In this document: piece by piece, positions 27,492-37,962 of the stretch
Position numbering within the stretch: the first letter of the stretch is position 1
Layout of the letters: each line of letters opens with the position of its first letter
DNA from: an uncultured virus (IMG/VR IMGVR_UViG_3300046387_001330)
Taxonomy: Duplodnaviria; Heunggongvirae; Uroviricota; Caudoviricetes
Reading direction: 5' to 3' (one strand)
DNA: 64,000 bases
IMG/VR virus record: IMGVR_UViG_3300046387_001330
Translations under genes and position numbers: made by a program
Notes under the pieces: generated by a model
Database searches by the model: none
The model's input: only the letters and a program-made list of their open reading frames with translations
What the model was told of the DNA's origin: nothing

Positions 27492-28191
27492 TTATTATGC
27501 TATTGTTTTTGAAAGTGATTCGTCTAGAAATCAAAATTACGAAAAATTAAAAGCAAAAATACCACAACTTAAAAAATTTAGTGCAATAAACACAATTGAT
27601 TACTTTAGTAAGTATTCTAAATTAGCAATTGATGAAAACTTGTGTTCTAAAGAATTTGTTTTAAGTGGTGAAGTCAACCGATTTAAAGGAAAACTTGGAT
27701 GTAATTTGTCGCACATTTTATGTCACTTAGAATTTCTAAAATCCGATTCAGAGTGGTTAATTGTTTTGGAAGATGATGCGGGTGCAAGCAATTTCTCAGA
27801 AGATAAAATTAAAAATATATTAAATATTGCTACTAATAATAACTCAGATTTTATACAACTATACACTAATCCTGACTTTAAAAAGGATCAACAAAAGCAA
27901 AAAACAATTGGGTGTATGTATGAAATGATAGAGCAATGGCATACAATTGCATATGCAATAAGCAGAAATGGTATCAATAAAATTCGTGAAGAATTTCCTA
28001 TGGATTGTAACATAGATTTATTTTATAGTAATAAAATAAAATTGTTAAATTCTTTATGCTGGATAAACAATATTTTTTTAAATCTTGGTGAAGTGCCAAA
28101 ACGATTTCCAACGATAAAAAATGGAAAAACTATTTGGGGAAGACATAACTCCGGATCATTTAATAGTTTAATTTGGAAAAATGAAAAATGA
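27454..28191 (+). CDS. Glycosyltransferase family 25-like
   Basis: KFSAIN, GKLGCNLSH, LIVLEDDA, TIAYAISRNG; start uncertain. Confidence 0.8.
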   Translation: MASTYQDINTSCDYYAIVFESDSSRNQNYEKLKAKIPQLKKFSAINTIDYFSKYSKLAIDENLCSKEFVLSGEVNRFKGKLGCNLSHILCHLEFLKSDSEWLIVLEDDAGASNFSEDKIKNILNIATNNNSDFIQLYTNPDFKKDQQKQKTIGCMYEMIEQWHTIAYAISRNGINKIREEFPMDCNIDLFYSNKIKLLNSLCWINNIFLNLGEVPKRFPTIKNGKTIWGRHNSGSFNSLIWKNEK

Positions 28192-28952
28192 AAACTGAAT
28201 TTAAATTAGATTTTGCAATTATAGGTACACAAAAAGGTGGAACTACAAGTGCTATGAATTTACTCGGTAGATTTCATCCAAATGTAAAAATACCAAGACA
28301 TGAAATGTCTTTTTTTAACAAAGATGATGAGTATGAAAAAGGAATTGACCATTATACAAAATTATATTTAGAAAATATAAATTTACCAGACAAAACAACA
28401 GATTTAGTGTTTGGAGAAAAAAATCCAGAGTATAGTTGTGATATGAAAGCATTAAAAAGATTAAAAAAGCATTATCCAAAATGTAAACTTGTGTTTTTTT
28501 TAAGAAATCCTATTACACGTGCATTTTCTAATTACAACATGAATAAAAATAAGTTAGGTGGGAGCATAAATTCGTTTTCAGAAGTAATAAGATACGATTA
28601 CAAAGCAAATCCACTTGGCATTGTATCACGTGGCATTTACATAAACCAAATAAAGAATATACTCGAAATATATGATCGTACTGACTTGATTATACTAATT
28701 TCAGAAAAGTGTAAGCAAAGTATAGTCCAAGAATACAATAAAATATTTAGATTTATCGGTTTACGAGAGTTGAAAGAAACTGAATTTAAATATGATAGAC
28801 TAAAAAATAAAAAATGGAAAAATACTGGAAACTATACTTCAGAAATAAGTGAAGATGATTATATGTTTTTAAAAAAACTATATAGTCCATTTAATGAAGA
28901 TTTATATAATTTTTTAGGTTATGAGATTCAGGATTGGGAGACTTGTATGTGA
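28188..28952 (+). CDS. Sulfotransferase resembling the heparan sulfate N-/3-O-sulfotransferase domain
   Basis: IIGTQKGGTTS, EMSFF, FGEKNPEY, FLRNPITRAFSNY, RGIY, YSPFNEDL. Confidence 0.85.
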   Translation: MKTEFKLDFAIIGTQKGGTTSAMNLLGRFHPNVKIPRHEMSFFNKDDEYEKGIDHYTKLYLENINLPDKTTDLVFGEKNPEYSCDMKALKRLKKHYPKCKLVFFLRNPITRAFSNYNMNKNKLGGSINSFSEVIRYDYKANPLGIVSRGIYINQIKNILEIYDRTDLIILISEKCKQSIVQEYNKIFRFIGLRELKETEFKYDRLKNKKWKNTGNYTSEISEDDYMFLKKLYSPFNEDLYNFLGYEIQDWETCM

Positions 28953-29551
28953 AATACTACTTAACGATTTCATCGCAAAATAAGTATGTTTGGTTTCAAA
29001 ATACAAAATGTGCATCTACAACTATTCGTGAATACCTATCCAAATATACACAAATTGACGATGATTACCAACAAGATTGGACTAGGTCGGAGTATTGTTC
29101 TTTACAATATACTAACTTTTACAAATTTGCGTTTGTAAGGAATCCGTTTGATCGTTTAGTTTCTACATACAAAGATAAAGTTGTTCAAACAAGATTGGGT
29201 GGAGACCAAGGACCTGAAATTCAATATATGAGATTAAAAAAATGTACATTTGAACAATATATTGAATTAATAACAGGTCCATTTTGGAACAAAAATAATC
29301 ACTGGGCAGAGCAATATCACAATTTACCTAAAAACTTTAAACAAGAACTTGATTACATTGGAAAAATTGAAAATTTTGATAGAGATATTAGAAAAATATT
29401 CAATAATATTAAAATTAAAAATTACAATGAAATTGAACCAAAAAATACAACCAAACACATGATTTATAAGAAATATTATACTCCTTACTTAAGAAGTTTA
29501 GTGGAAAAAAAGTTTAAAAAAGATCTTGATATGTTTGAATATAAATTCTAA
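28949..29551 (+). CDS. Sulfotransferase family 2 (CHST/HNK-1-like)
   Basis: NTKCASTTI, FVRNPFDRLVS, HWAEQ, IGKIENF; GTG start overlaps the previous TGA. Confidence 0.85.
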   Translation: MKYYLTISSQNKYVWFQNTKCASTTIREYLSKYTQIDDDYQQDWTRSEYCSLQYTNFYKFAFVRNPFDRLVSTYKDKVVQTRLGGDQGPEIQYMRLKKCTFEQYIELITGPFWNKNNHWAEQYHNLPKNFKQELDYIGKIENFDRDIRKIFNNIKIKNYNEIEPKNTTKHMIYKKYYTPYLRSLVEKKFKKDLDMFEYKF

Positions 29552-31203
29552 TGGAAAAGAAAATTATACTTTTATTATCTATGGCTAGATGTGGTACGAA
29601 CTACTTAACATCCCTTATGCACAGATTCAAGAACATAAATGCTAATGCAGAAATATTTCACAGACATAATATACATTGCAATGCAGAAATATTAACAAAA
29701 TTAAAGCAGACTTTAAATGACGAGGAATTAAGAGATTTAATAGATAATGATCCTATAGACTATATAAGAAAAATAAAAAATGTTGTAGATGAAGAGTATA
29801 TCTTCTTTAAAATGTTTGATTCGCATTTTTGTAGAGTGATAAATGACGATAATATAAAAAATTTTTTAAAAGAAATCTCACTTGTTTTAATTGTTGATCG
29901 CAATCCACTTGACATCTTTATATCAAAGAAAAAAGCAGATAAAATAAAAAAATGGTCACAGGTGGACACAAGTAATGTTAAAATTGACTTTGATATAAAT
30001 GAATATAGATCATTTTTAAATAGAAAGCATACTTGGTTTGACAAAATTGACAAAATGATACATGAATTAGATATTCCAAGTATTAAATTAAACTACGAAA
30101 CAATATCAGAAAAATCAGATTCGGATAATATAAAATATTTTGCAAATGAATTTAGTAAGAATAAAATGCATTTGAGTTCATATTCTTTACCGGTTCACAA
30201 TGTAAAGCATTTTAAACAAGATAAATCTAAAAATTTATGTGAAAAAATAGAAAACTACGATTTAATTAAAAAATATTTTTATGGAAATGAATTTGAAGAC
30301 GGTGGTGAATTTGTATCTAAAATAAAATTTAATGAAACAAATTTGTGGAAGCATCATTATTTTGGATGGTCTGGTGCGGTGAATAATTTAAGCAAACTAA
30401 ATAGTGTATTAAATCCGATACTATTTGAACCTGCGATTGAATCTACATTCATAAACAATAAAACACGATGTCAAGATACAATAAATAAATATAAGCAAAA
30501 TAAGTGGATAGGAACTTTTCACAATCCACATGATGATCCAAGGAATTACTTTAATATAAATGATGTTTTAAGAAAATTAGAGAGAAAAAATGACTTGATG
30601 AAATGTTGGAAAAATCTATGTGGTGTCGTGGTATTTTCAAATGAGGTGAAGGAAAATTACAAAAAATATTCAGAGTTTAACGACAAACCAATTTATGTGG
30701 CAAAGCATCCGACCTGTGAACCAACAGTAAAATTTAATTATGATAACTTCTGTAATAGTAATACAAAAAAAATAATTTATACTGGTGGTCATCTTAGAGA
30801 TAATAAATTAAATTCTTTTATTTCAGAAAACATAAAAAATGATCTGAATTTGGTAAATCTTAATCAAAAACCGGTTAGTAATGATCACTATGATTTGTTG
30901 TTGTCAGATTCTTTAGTTTTTGTAAAGTATGAAAAAATAGTAGCAAGTAATTTATTGGTAGAGTGTATTGTTAGAAATACACCGATTTTTGTAAATAAAC
31001 TTAATGCGGTTGTTGAATATCTTGGGGAGAATTATCCTTTATATTACGATACCAAAGAAGAACTTATTTCTAAGATAAATAATTTATCTGCAATCAAAAT
31101 GGCACACGAATACCTTAAAAGAATAAGTAACGAAGATTTTACTATGATCGGTTTTAAAAATAAATTATTCAATTCAAAATTTTATGGAGATTTAAAATGT
31201 TAA
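29551..31203 (+). CDS. Fusion of an Stf0-like sulfotransferase and an unknown (possibly GT-B-like) domain
   Basis: SMARCGTNYL, EIFH, DRNPLDIFIS, LNYE; the C-terminal half (HHYFGW..ASNLLVECIVRNTPIFVN..EYLGENYPLYY) is paralogous to the next gene. Confidence 0.7.
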   Translation: MEKKIILLLSMARCGTNYLTSLMHRFKNINANAEIFHRHNIHCNAEILTKLKQTLNDEELRDLIDNDPIDYIRKIKNVVDEEYIFFKMFDSHFCRVINDDNIKNFLKEISLVLIVDRNPLDIFISKKKADKIKKWSQVDTSNVKIDFDINEYRSFLNRKHTWFDKIDKMIHELDIPSIKLNYETISEKSDSDNIKYFANEFSKNKMHLSSYSLPVHNVKHFKQDKSKNLCEKIENYDLIKKYFYGNEFEDGGEFVSKIKFNETNLWKHHYFGWSGAVNNLSKLNSVLNPILFEPAIESTFINNKTRCQDTINKYKQNKWIGTFHNPHDDPRNYFNINDVLRKLERKNDLMKCWKNLCGVVVFSNEVKENYKKYSEFNDKPIYVAKHPTCEPTVKFNYDNFCNSNTKKIIYTGGHLRDNKLNSFISENIKNDLNLVNLNQKPVSNDHYDLLLSDSLVFVKYEKIVASNLLVECIVRNTPIFVNKLNAVVEYLGENYPLYYDTKEELISKINNLSAIKMAHEYLKRISNEDFTMIGFKNKLFNSKFYGDLKC

Positions 31204-32150
31204 GTGAATTTAAAATAAAAGTAAATTATTTCAATAATTGGAATCACCACCAATACGGTTGGAAGGGTGCAATATCTGATCTGAAAAAACAAATTAATTC
31301 TGTCCACAAAGATAGTGTGTTACTTGAACCTTGTATAGAAGATACATTTATTACAAACTATTATAATAACATAAATAGAATTGAATTATATAGAAATAAC
31401 GACTGGATTGGGTTTTCGCATCACTCACTCACCGATGAAAATATTCATCTGAGATTAAATAAGATCATTCAAATGAAAATATTTTCGGAAGCATTTCAAA
31501 ACTTAAAAGGTCTATTTGTTCTTACAAACTACCAAAAGAAAATGTTGAGTTCGTTTCCATTTTTTAAAAACATTCCAATATCAGTGATACGACATCCAAT
31601 TTCGTTTGACTTTAAAAAGTATAATTTAGATAGTTTGAACTTTTCTGGTAAACTCTTACCTATACCATATGGAAATTTAGTTTCAGTTGATGGCCATCAA
31701 CGTGATTATGAAGTATTTTCTAAAATTAAAAGTAAATATAAAAAAATATTATTAAGTTCATCTATTAACAAAATGTCTGAAAGTGATTCTAAATTTTTAA
31801 GTAGAAATCGTGTGTGGAAAATTACAAAAAGATATACTCAACATGAGTATGAAGATATTATTACAAATAATGTTCATTTCGTTGAACTGAAATCACCGAC
31901 CGCAAGTAATTATTTATTAGAATGTATATCATCAAATAGTCCGATTTTTGTTAACCGTGAACCATGCATTGAAGAGTATCTGGGTAAAGATTATCCTTTG
32001 TTTTATTATGATGAAACTGATGTTAATTTTTCAAAAGAAAATATTCTAAAGGGTGTTGAATATTTAAAAACTAGAAATTTTAAAAGTTTAGATGTTAAAA
32101 CATTTGGAAAACGAATTTTACGAAGTAAAGTGTATCAAAGCATTAAATGA
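31197..32150 (+). CDS. Unknown protein, possibly a GT-B-like glycosyltransferase; paralog of the C-terminal half of the previous gene
   Basis: HHQYGW, LLEPCIEDTF, WIGFSHH, IRHP, ASNYLLECISSNSPIFVN..EYLGKDYPLFY. Confidence 0.6.
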   Translation: MLSEFKIKVNYFNNWNHHQYGWKGAISDLKKQINSVHKDSVLLEPCIEDTFITNYYNNINRIELYRNNDWIGFSHHSLTDENIHLRLNKIIQMKIFSEAFQNLKGLFVLTNYQKKMLSSFPFFKNIPISVIRHPISFDFKKYNLDSLNFSGKLLPIPYGNLVSVDGHQRDYEVFSKIKSKYKKILLSSSINKMSESDSKFLSRNRVWKITKRYTQHEYEDIITNNVHFVELKSPTASNYLLECISSNSPIFVNREPCIEEYLGKDYPLFYYDETDVNFSKENILKGVEYLKTRNFKSLDVKTFGKRILRSKVYQSIK

Positions 32151-32875
32151 TAAATAAATTTACAATACTCGGTGAACGTTGTAGTGGAACAAATTATTTG
32201 CATAATTTGATAGTAGAAAATTTTGATATTCAATATACAAAAGAATATGGAGACAAGCACTTTTGTATTTTTAATAGAACAAATTATGTTAATTCAGATA
32301 ATGTCTTATTTTTTGGTATTATACGAAATGCTCATTCGTGGATAAACTCTTTATATGAAAAACCTTGGCACATTGCACCGGAATGTCTTGCATCAAAATT
32401 TGATTTTCTTAACAGTAAATTTTATTCAATAAATCCTGTAATAATAGATGGCCAACGATACGATTTTACAATTGATTTAAAAACAAGAAAACCATTGAAG
32501 AATATAGGAAGTGTGAATATAAATGATTTTAATATATTTACTAATAAAAAATTTAAAAATATATTTGAATGTAGAAATGTAAAAGCACGATACTTACTTG
32601 ATTTAATAAATGGTAAAGTAAAGAATTATATTCTGATAACATATGATCAAATTAAATACAATCCAAAAGAAACATTGGCAAATATAAAAGAAATATTTAA
32701 TTTAAAATTTAAATATTCGGAGATTAAAACATACGAGTATTATAAGAATACAGATAAAAAATATAAGCAAAAAGAATACAATCACTTTGATGAAGATGAA
32801 ATCTATTTAAATTCAGAATTTAAACAAGAACTAGAACAAAGATTGAGATTTTATAATTATAAAAACTCATTTTAA
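32147..32875 (+). CDS. Sulfotransferase-like protein
   Basis: ILGERCSGTNYL, DKH, IIRNAHSWINS, ITYDQIKYNP. Confidence 0.65.
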   Translation: MINKFTILGERCSGTNYLHNLIVENFDIQYTKEYGDKHFCIFNRTNYVNSDNVLFFGIIRNAHSWINSLYEKPWHIAPECLASKFDFLNSKFYSINPVIIDGQRYDFTIDLKTRKPLKNIGSVNINDFNIFTNKKFKNIFECRNVKARYLLDLINGKVKNYILITYDQIKYNPKETLANIKEIFNLKFKYSEIKTYEYYKNTDKKYKQKEYNHFDEDEIYLNSEFKQELEQRLRFYNYKNSF

Positions 32876-32876
32876 A

Positions 32877-32885
32877 ATATTTATA
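32877..32885 (+). promoter_or_regulatory. ATATTTATA motif, candidate late promoter
   Basis: Occupies most of the 13-nt gap, 3 nt before ATG 32889. Confidence 0.55.
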
Positions 32886-32888
32886 GGT

Positions 32889-33668
32889 ATGGTGGATAAT
32901 AATTCAATAATATATAGTAACGACTGGAACATTGTCGTAAACCTTGGTATTAAATGCAATACTCTTGGTATTTCAAGAAACGCAAATGTTAGATACTTTT
33001 CAAGTCCTTTTGATAATATGGATACAGTAGAGGGCATCCGTGAGTGTGCAGACTTAATGGCAAGTGGATTTAACAAATATTTCGATGATAAGTCTTCGTG
33101 GGAAGTTATCAACGAGTATGCACCGAGAAGCACAGAAATTCGTAATAAAATTGTTTGGCATAAAGATACACCAAAAGTATATTATCCTCACTTTGCTGAT
33201 GTTTGGTTCAAGGACACACTTACTAAAGATGAAATGCATGAATGGAAACTTGGAGAAGAACTTACAATTGATCCTATCTATAAAGACTTCGTAAGAGTAT
33301 TTGGAAATCGTCAGCAAAGACTTGCATCACAACTTAGAAGTAAAAATAAAATATTGTTTTTTAGAGCAGACGAAAAACGACAATTAAAAAGAGCACATGG
33401 TAGTAATCAAGATGAAGATTTGAAATATTTTATTGAAACATTACAAAAAGCATATCCTCAAACCGAAATAGGTTTACTATATTTTTATTGTAATAATCAA
33501 AAGTTTACCAGACAACTTAGTTCGTGCAAGCACATTCACACAGAACTTATTCCCGAAGATATTAAAGAAGATGAATATTGTACTGAACGATTAAAAGAAT
33601 TAAAAGTATTACCACGGGAAGATATGGAAAAAATTGATTTTGTAAATGAGTGTAGTGATACTGAATAA
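32889..33668 (+). CDS. DUF1796-like (putative papain-like) protein
   Basis: VNLGIKCNT..RYFSSPFD, YYPHF, RQQRL..KILFFR matches the recalled family pattern SLG..C..SPFD. Confidence 0.55.
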   Translation: MVDNNSIIYSNDWNIVVNLGIKCNTLGISRNANVRYFSSPFDNMDTVEGIRECADLMASGFNKYFDDKSSWEVINEYAPRSTEIRNKIVWHKDTPKVYYPHFADVWFKDTLTKDEMHEWKLGEELTIDPIYKDFVRVFGNRQQRLASQLRSKNKILFFRADEKRQLKRAHGSNQDEDLKYFIETLQKAYPQTEIGLLYFYCNNQKFTRQLSSCKHIHTELIPEDIKEDEYCTERLKELKVLPREDMEKIDFVNECSDTE

Positions 33669-34306
33669 TGATAAGTGATAGACATAGGTTTATTTATGTG
33701 CATACTCCTAAATCAGGAGGTTCGTCTATTGAGGAGGTATTGTTAAAAAATGAAATTGAAATTGATGATGTCAATTTTCAAAAAAAATTTTGGGCTGACA
33801 ATCTAAGTATAAAACTAAAAAAAAAGTTTTTTATTGGAAAAACCGATCAAAAATTTGCACCACATCATTATACCACCGAGATGCTTAAAACTGAGTATCC
33901 AAATAAATTTAAAAATTATTTTAAATTCACATTTGTCAGAAATCCGTGGGATAAAGTAGTAAGTGAGTGGTTGTATTTCAAGAAAATTGATCCTGAATAT
34001 AATTTTGCATTTAAAGAAAGCATAAATAATAAGAGTTATTGGAATAAACCATATCCATTTGAAGAGCATACTTGGTCACAAGTAGAATTTGCATCAGAGT
34101 GTGATTATGTAGGGAGGTTTGAGAGTCTACAAAAAGATTTTGACACGGTATGTGAAATGGTTGGTATTACAAAACAAAAACTTCCACATAGAAATAAATC
34201 TAAATGCAAAAACTATATTGATTACTATGATGATGAATCAAAAGAAATGGTTGCAAAAAAATACGCAAAAGACATCGAGTATTTTGGATACAAATTTGGT
34301 TATTAA
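33668..34306 (+). CDS. Sulfotransferase family 2
   Basis: FIYVHTPKSGGSSIE, FVRNPWDKVVS, VGRFESLQKDF, DIEYFGYKFG. Confidence 0.9.
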   Translation: MISDRHRFIYVHTPKSGGSSIEEVLLKNEIEIDDVNFQKKFWADNLSIKLKKKFFIGKTDQKFAPHHYTTEMLKTEYPNKFKNYFKFTFVRNPWDKVVSEWLYFKKIDPEYNFAFKESINNKSYWNKPYPFEEHTWSQVEFASECDYVGRFESLQKDFDTVCEMVGITKQKLPHRNKSKCKNYIDYYDDESKEMVAKKYAKDIEYFGYKFGY

Positions 34307-34331
34307 TACGATTGATTGAAGGATATTCGGT

Positions 34332-35867
34332 ATGGACACAGAGCAAAAATATTTAGCAGTATTGACACGTTGTAAAGATGAATTTTTTATAAAAGAGTGG
34401 GTGGATTATTATTTATCCCAGGACGTTGATTTAATTTATATTATAGACGATAATTCTAAAGATAGAACAATATACAATTTTTTAAATGAAGGTTCTAAGT
34501 ATAGCAAAGTAAATGTCGATTATCAAGATGATATGTACAAGAATATAAACACAGAAAAAAATGGAGATCTTGATAAAAACAGTTATCCTAACCAAGTTTA
34601 TAATAATAAAATTAAAAACAAATATAAATGGTTGCTTTATTGTGATGTAGATGAATTTATAGTTACCAAAAAAAATAATAAACTGACAATCGTTCAACAA
34701 TTACAAAACATTAGTAATAATGATATAAATTTAATTGCCGTTCCTTGGGTTTTAATGTCAGGGGGTAATTTAAAAGAAAATCCAAAGAGTATTTTAAAAC
34801 AGATAAAATATAGACATAATCATGACAAGAAACATCCACATTCCGTTCGTAAATTTAGATGTAGATATGATGAGATAGAATGTAAAAGTATATTCAAAAC
34901 ACAACACTTTGAATATATAAAAGATCATCATCCAATTGGATATGATAAAATACACAACGGAATTAACTTGAAAAATGAAAGAATGAATGAAAAAGATTTC
35001 TTTCTAAAAAACTTTAGAAATAAAGATATTAAAAATGGTGTATTCTTATGTTATCACTATCGTTATATATCAGAAGAAAACACAATAAACAAATTAAAAA
35101 CTAATAACTGGTATATTAACGATGAATACACTAAACAAGATTTAATTTCATCTACTTATCCTGAAATTCATGATGAAACATTAGAAAAAAAAGTAAATAA
35201 TTATTCAGCAAATGATCAAAATGAGTACGAGACTATTGTTTGTATATATTCTTCGTGTAAGCATATTAAATTGGCAAGAAAACTCAAAAAAAATCTAAAG
35301 ATGCCAAACACAAAAATTCTTATTTTTGTATCAAATGGATGTAGAATAAAACATTATTCACCTGATATAATCCAACTTGGAATTGATGAGGGATATAATT
35401 TATTATCATGGAAGACTTACAATATGCTCAAGTACTTAAATCAAAACTATAAATTTAAAAAAATGTATAAGATAGATGCAACGGTTGAAACAGGTGAAAC
35501 TTGTCAGCAACATGAAGAATCGAAACAAGAAATTAAGAAAAAATTTTTTAAAAATAGAAAAGATTTTAATACTATTCAGTACTTTGGGGCATCTGAAAGA
35601 AAAACTCCAAAAGAATATATTCCGATTTGGGCAGAAAAAAAAGGAATAAATGTAAATATAGACGAATGGGATAATATAATTCCATATAATGAAGTAGAAT
35701 ATTACAGTGGAAAATTCTATGGTATTGGAAGTGATTTTTTTTATTATATAATGAATCATTCGAATATCGAGGAACTTGCATTTAAATTAAAAACACATCT
35801 CGGTGGTAGTGAAGACCTAATGATTGGTCTTTTGTACAAACTTTATTTAATATACAAAAAACAATAA
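34332..35867 (+). CDS. Two-domain glycosyltransferase (GT92/GT2_4-like plus GT31-like)
   Basis: RCKDEFFIKEWVDYY, IIDDNSKD, WLLYCDVDEF, KSIF; second domain GYNLLSWKT, YKIDA, YYSGKFY, EDLMIG. Confidence 0.75.
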   Translation: MDTEQKYLAVLTRCKDEFFIKEWVDYYLSQDVDLIYIIDDNSKDRTIYNFLNEGSKYSKVNVDYQDDMYKNINTEKNGDLDKNSYPNQVYNNKIKNKYKWLLYCDVDEFIVTKKNNKLTIVQQLQNISNNDINLIAVPWVLMSGGNLKENPKSILKQIKYRHNHDKKHPHSVRKFRCRYDEIECKSIFKTQHFEYIKDHHPIGYDKIHNGINLKNERMNEKDFFLKNFRNKDIKNGVFLCYHYRYISEENTINKLKTNNWYINDEYTKQDLISSTYPEIHDETLEKKVNNYSANDQNEYETIVCIYSSCKHIKLARKLKKNLKMPNTKILIFVSNGCRIKHYSPDIIQLGIDEGYNLLSWKTYNMLKYLNQNYKFKKMYKIDATVETGETCQQHEESKQEIKKKFFKNRKDFNTIQYFGASERKTPKEYIPIWAEKKGINVNIDEWDNIIPYNEVEYYSGKFYGIGSDFFYYIMNHSNIEELAFKLKTHLGGSEDLMIGLLYKLYLIYKKQ

Positions 35868-35884
35868 ACAATTATCATTCAATA

Positions 35885-35893
35885 ATATTTATA
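35885..35893 (+). promoter_or_regulatory. ATATTTATA motif, candidate late promoter
   Basis: 4 nt before ATG 35898; no SD sequence. Confidence 0.55.
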
Positions 35894-35897
35894 ACAC

Positions 35898-37961
35898 ATG
35901 GGAGATTTGAATAATAAAAAACGTATTGCGATATTTTCTATTTTCACAGGAAATTACAAAATTTTTTACAAGCAGTTTGTAAAAAGCATACAACAAAATT
36001 TTTTACCAGATTGTGAAAAGCATTTTTTTATTTGTTCTGATCAGAAATTAGAAGAATACAAATGTATACGCAAAAAACTTACATCTTACAAAATAGATGA
36101 TCTAGAGTTTCCGTATATAACATTGCTTAGATACAAAATATTTAATGAAACAATAAGTAAAGATTTATCAAGTTATGATTATGTATTTTTTCTAAATAGT
36201 AATGCGAGGTGCTTGACAAAAATTACAATGGAAGACATTAATTTAGATAAAGATTATACTTTTACATTGCACGATAACCACGTAGATGGTGGTATAGATA
36301 ACAAACCGTTTGAGCAAAATAAACTTTCAACTGCGTGTTTCTCTGAAAAATGGGAATCACCCGAATATATTGGTGGTAGATTTTTTGGTGCAAAAACCGA
36401 GAAGTTTAAAACTATGTCAGTGCAACTTGCAGATAATACCGAAAAAGATTTAGAGCATGACATTATTGCGGAATGGCACGATGAATCTCATTTAAATTGG
36501 TTCTTTAATACATTTAAAAAAGATATATCATACAATCTTATGTCGGTTAATTATCATGTGCAAGAACAACACTCTGACCGTGAAATCTTTAGTGAACAAA
36601 AAATTATTTATATTGATAAAAATAAAAAAGCATATAAGAATATTATATTCAGAAGAAAACTTAGTAACAAACCAGATGCGTTGAATCTAGCAATTTTAGT
36701 ATGGAAGTTCCCCACTCAAGCAAATACGTACATTGTTGCTGAAATGATGGAATTAATTAAGTATGAAAAGAACTTTATAATTTATTCAATAGACGAACCT
36801 TCAGATACTACTAAGAATATGTTTGAACATGAATTGAAGATACTCAAAGATAAAATAGTTTATATATCAAAAGAAAATTTGCTTTCATTTCCACGTGGAT
36901 TTTCTAAAAAAGTTGCAATTGGTGACAATCGAAAACGAAGATCATTTTCAAAGTATTCAAAGAACTCTACTTTAATTAGTGCAGAGGAAGAATCTATAAA
37001 GCAATCTCCACTAATTATTAGCAAACTTGCAGAACACATGAAATTAAATAATGTAAAGCATATTTACAGTCCTTTTGGTAATGGTTCGTGTGAATATGCT
37101 TTATTTATAAACGCATTTAATAAAATACCTTATAGTTTTGCTGTCCATGCCTATGATTTGTTCGTTAATTATTATTATAAGAATGCTAAAAGTGAAACTG
37201 TTTCAAATGTATTTTCTATAACTGAATATAATAAAAAATATCTTGAAGAAAAATGTTATATGCCGTCTGAAAAAATTAAAATCAAAAGAATTAATTTTTT
37301 AGAACATGATTACGATTCAGTCGAAGGTTTTTGCTCCGAACATCCTTACATATTCTCTGCCGGACGATTAGAAGAAATGAAAGGATTTGAGTATTCAATT
37401 CGTGGATTTCACCATTGTTTACTAAAATATCCTGATTTAAAATATTATATAGCAGGACGAGCAATACAAGGTGAATATGATACGAAGGTAGAAAATTTAA
37501 TCAAAGAATTGAATTTAGAAAATAAAGTAATTTTACTAGGTGCGGTTGAGAATACGGTAGTGTTTTCGTATGCAAAAAATGCTATATTTAGTGTGCTTAC
37601 GAGTGTACATGAATCAAACGGTGACACCGAGGGTATGCCCACCTTTTTTGCTGAAAGTATGCAAATGGGAACTCCGTGCGTAGGTTCTGATATAAGTGGC
37701 ATTCCAGAATTGATTACAAGTGGTGTCACGGGTGAGTTGGTTATAGAGAAAGATCAAAATAGTATAAATGAAAAGATGTGTAAAATGATAGACTTATTTT
37801 ACAACGACAAAGATTCATATGAATCAATGAGAACGCAGTGTAAGATAAGTGTTAGTGAAATTTACAACAACGAAACAAACATTAAAATTTTAATTGAAAA
37901 TATTAAAAAATCAAATGAGATTATTGAATTAGAAACAAATATCTTAGAAGAAAAATCTTAA
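35898..37961 (+). CDS. Fusion of a GT6 (ABO-like) glycosyltransferase and a GT4 (WcaL-like) glycosyltransferase
   Basis: IFTGNY, TLLRY, FFLNSN, YIGGRFFG, WHDESHLN; FPTQANTYI, SFAVHAYDLF, AGRLEEMKG, DTEGMPTFFAESMQMGTP..SGIPELI. Confidence 0.85.
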   Translation: MGDLNNKKRIAIFSIFTGNYKIFYKQFVKSIQQNFLPDCEKHFFICSDQKLEEYKCIRKKLTSYKIDDLEFPYITLLRYKIFNETISKDLSSYDYVFFLNSNARCLTKITMEDINLDKDYTFTLHDNHVDGGIDNKPFEQNKLSTACFSEKWESPEYIGGRFFGAKTEKFKTMSVQLADNTEKDLEHDIIAEWHDESHLNWFFNTFKKDISYNLMSVNYHVQEQHSDREIFSEQKIIYIDKNKKAYKNIIFRRKLSNKPDALNLAILVWKFPTQANTYIVAEMMELIKYEKNFIIYSIDEPSDTTKNMFEHELKILKDKIVYISKENLLSFPRGFSKKVAIGDNRKRRSFSKYSKNSTLISAEEESIKQSPLIISKLAEHMKLNNVKHIYSPFGNGSCEYALFINAFNKIPYSFAVHAYDLFVNYYYKNAKSETVSNVFSITEYNKKYLEEKCYMPSEKIKIKRINFLEHDYDSVEGFCSEHPYIFSAGRLEEMKGFEYSIRGFHHCLLKYPDLKYYIAGRAIQGEYDTKVENLIKELNLENKVILLGAVENTVVFSYAKNAIFSVLTSVHESNGDTEGMPTFFAESMQMGTPCVGSDISGIPELITSGVTGELVIEKDQNSINEKMCKMIDLFYNDKDSYESMRTQCKISVSEIYNNETNIKILIENIKKSNEIIELETNILEEKS

Positions 37962-37962
37962 C

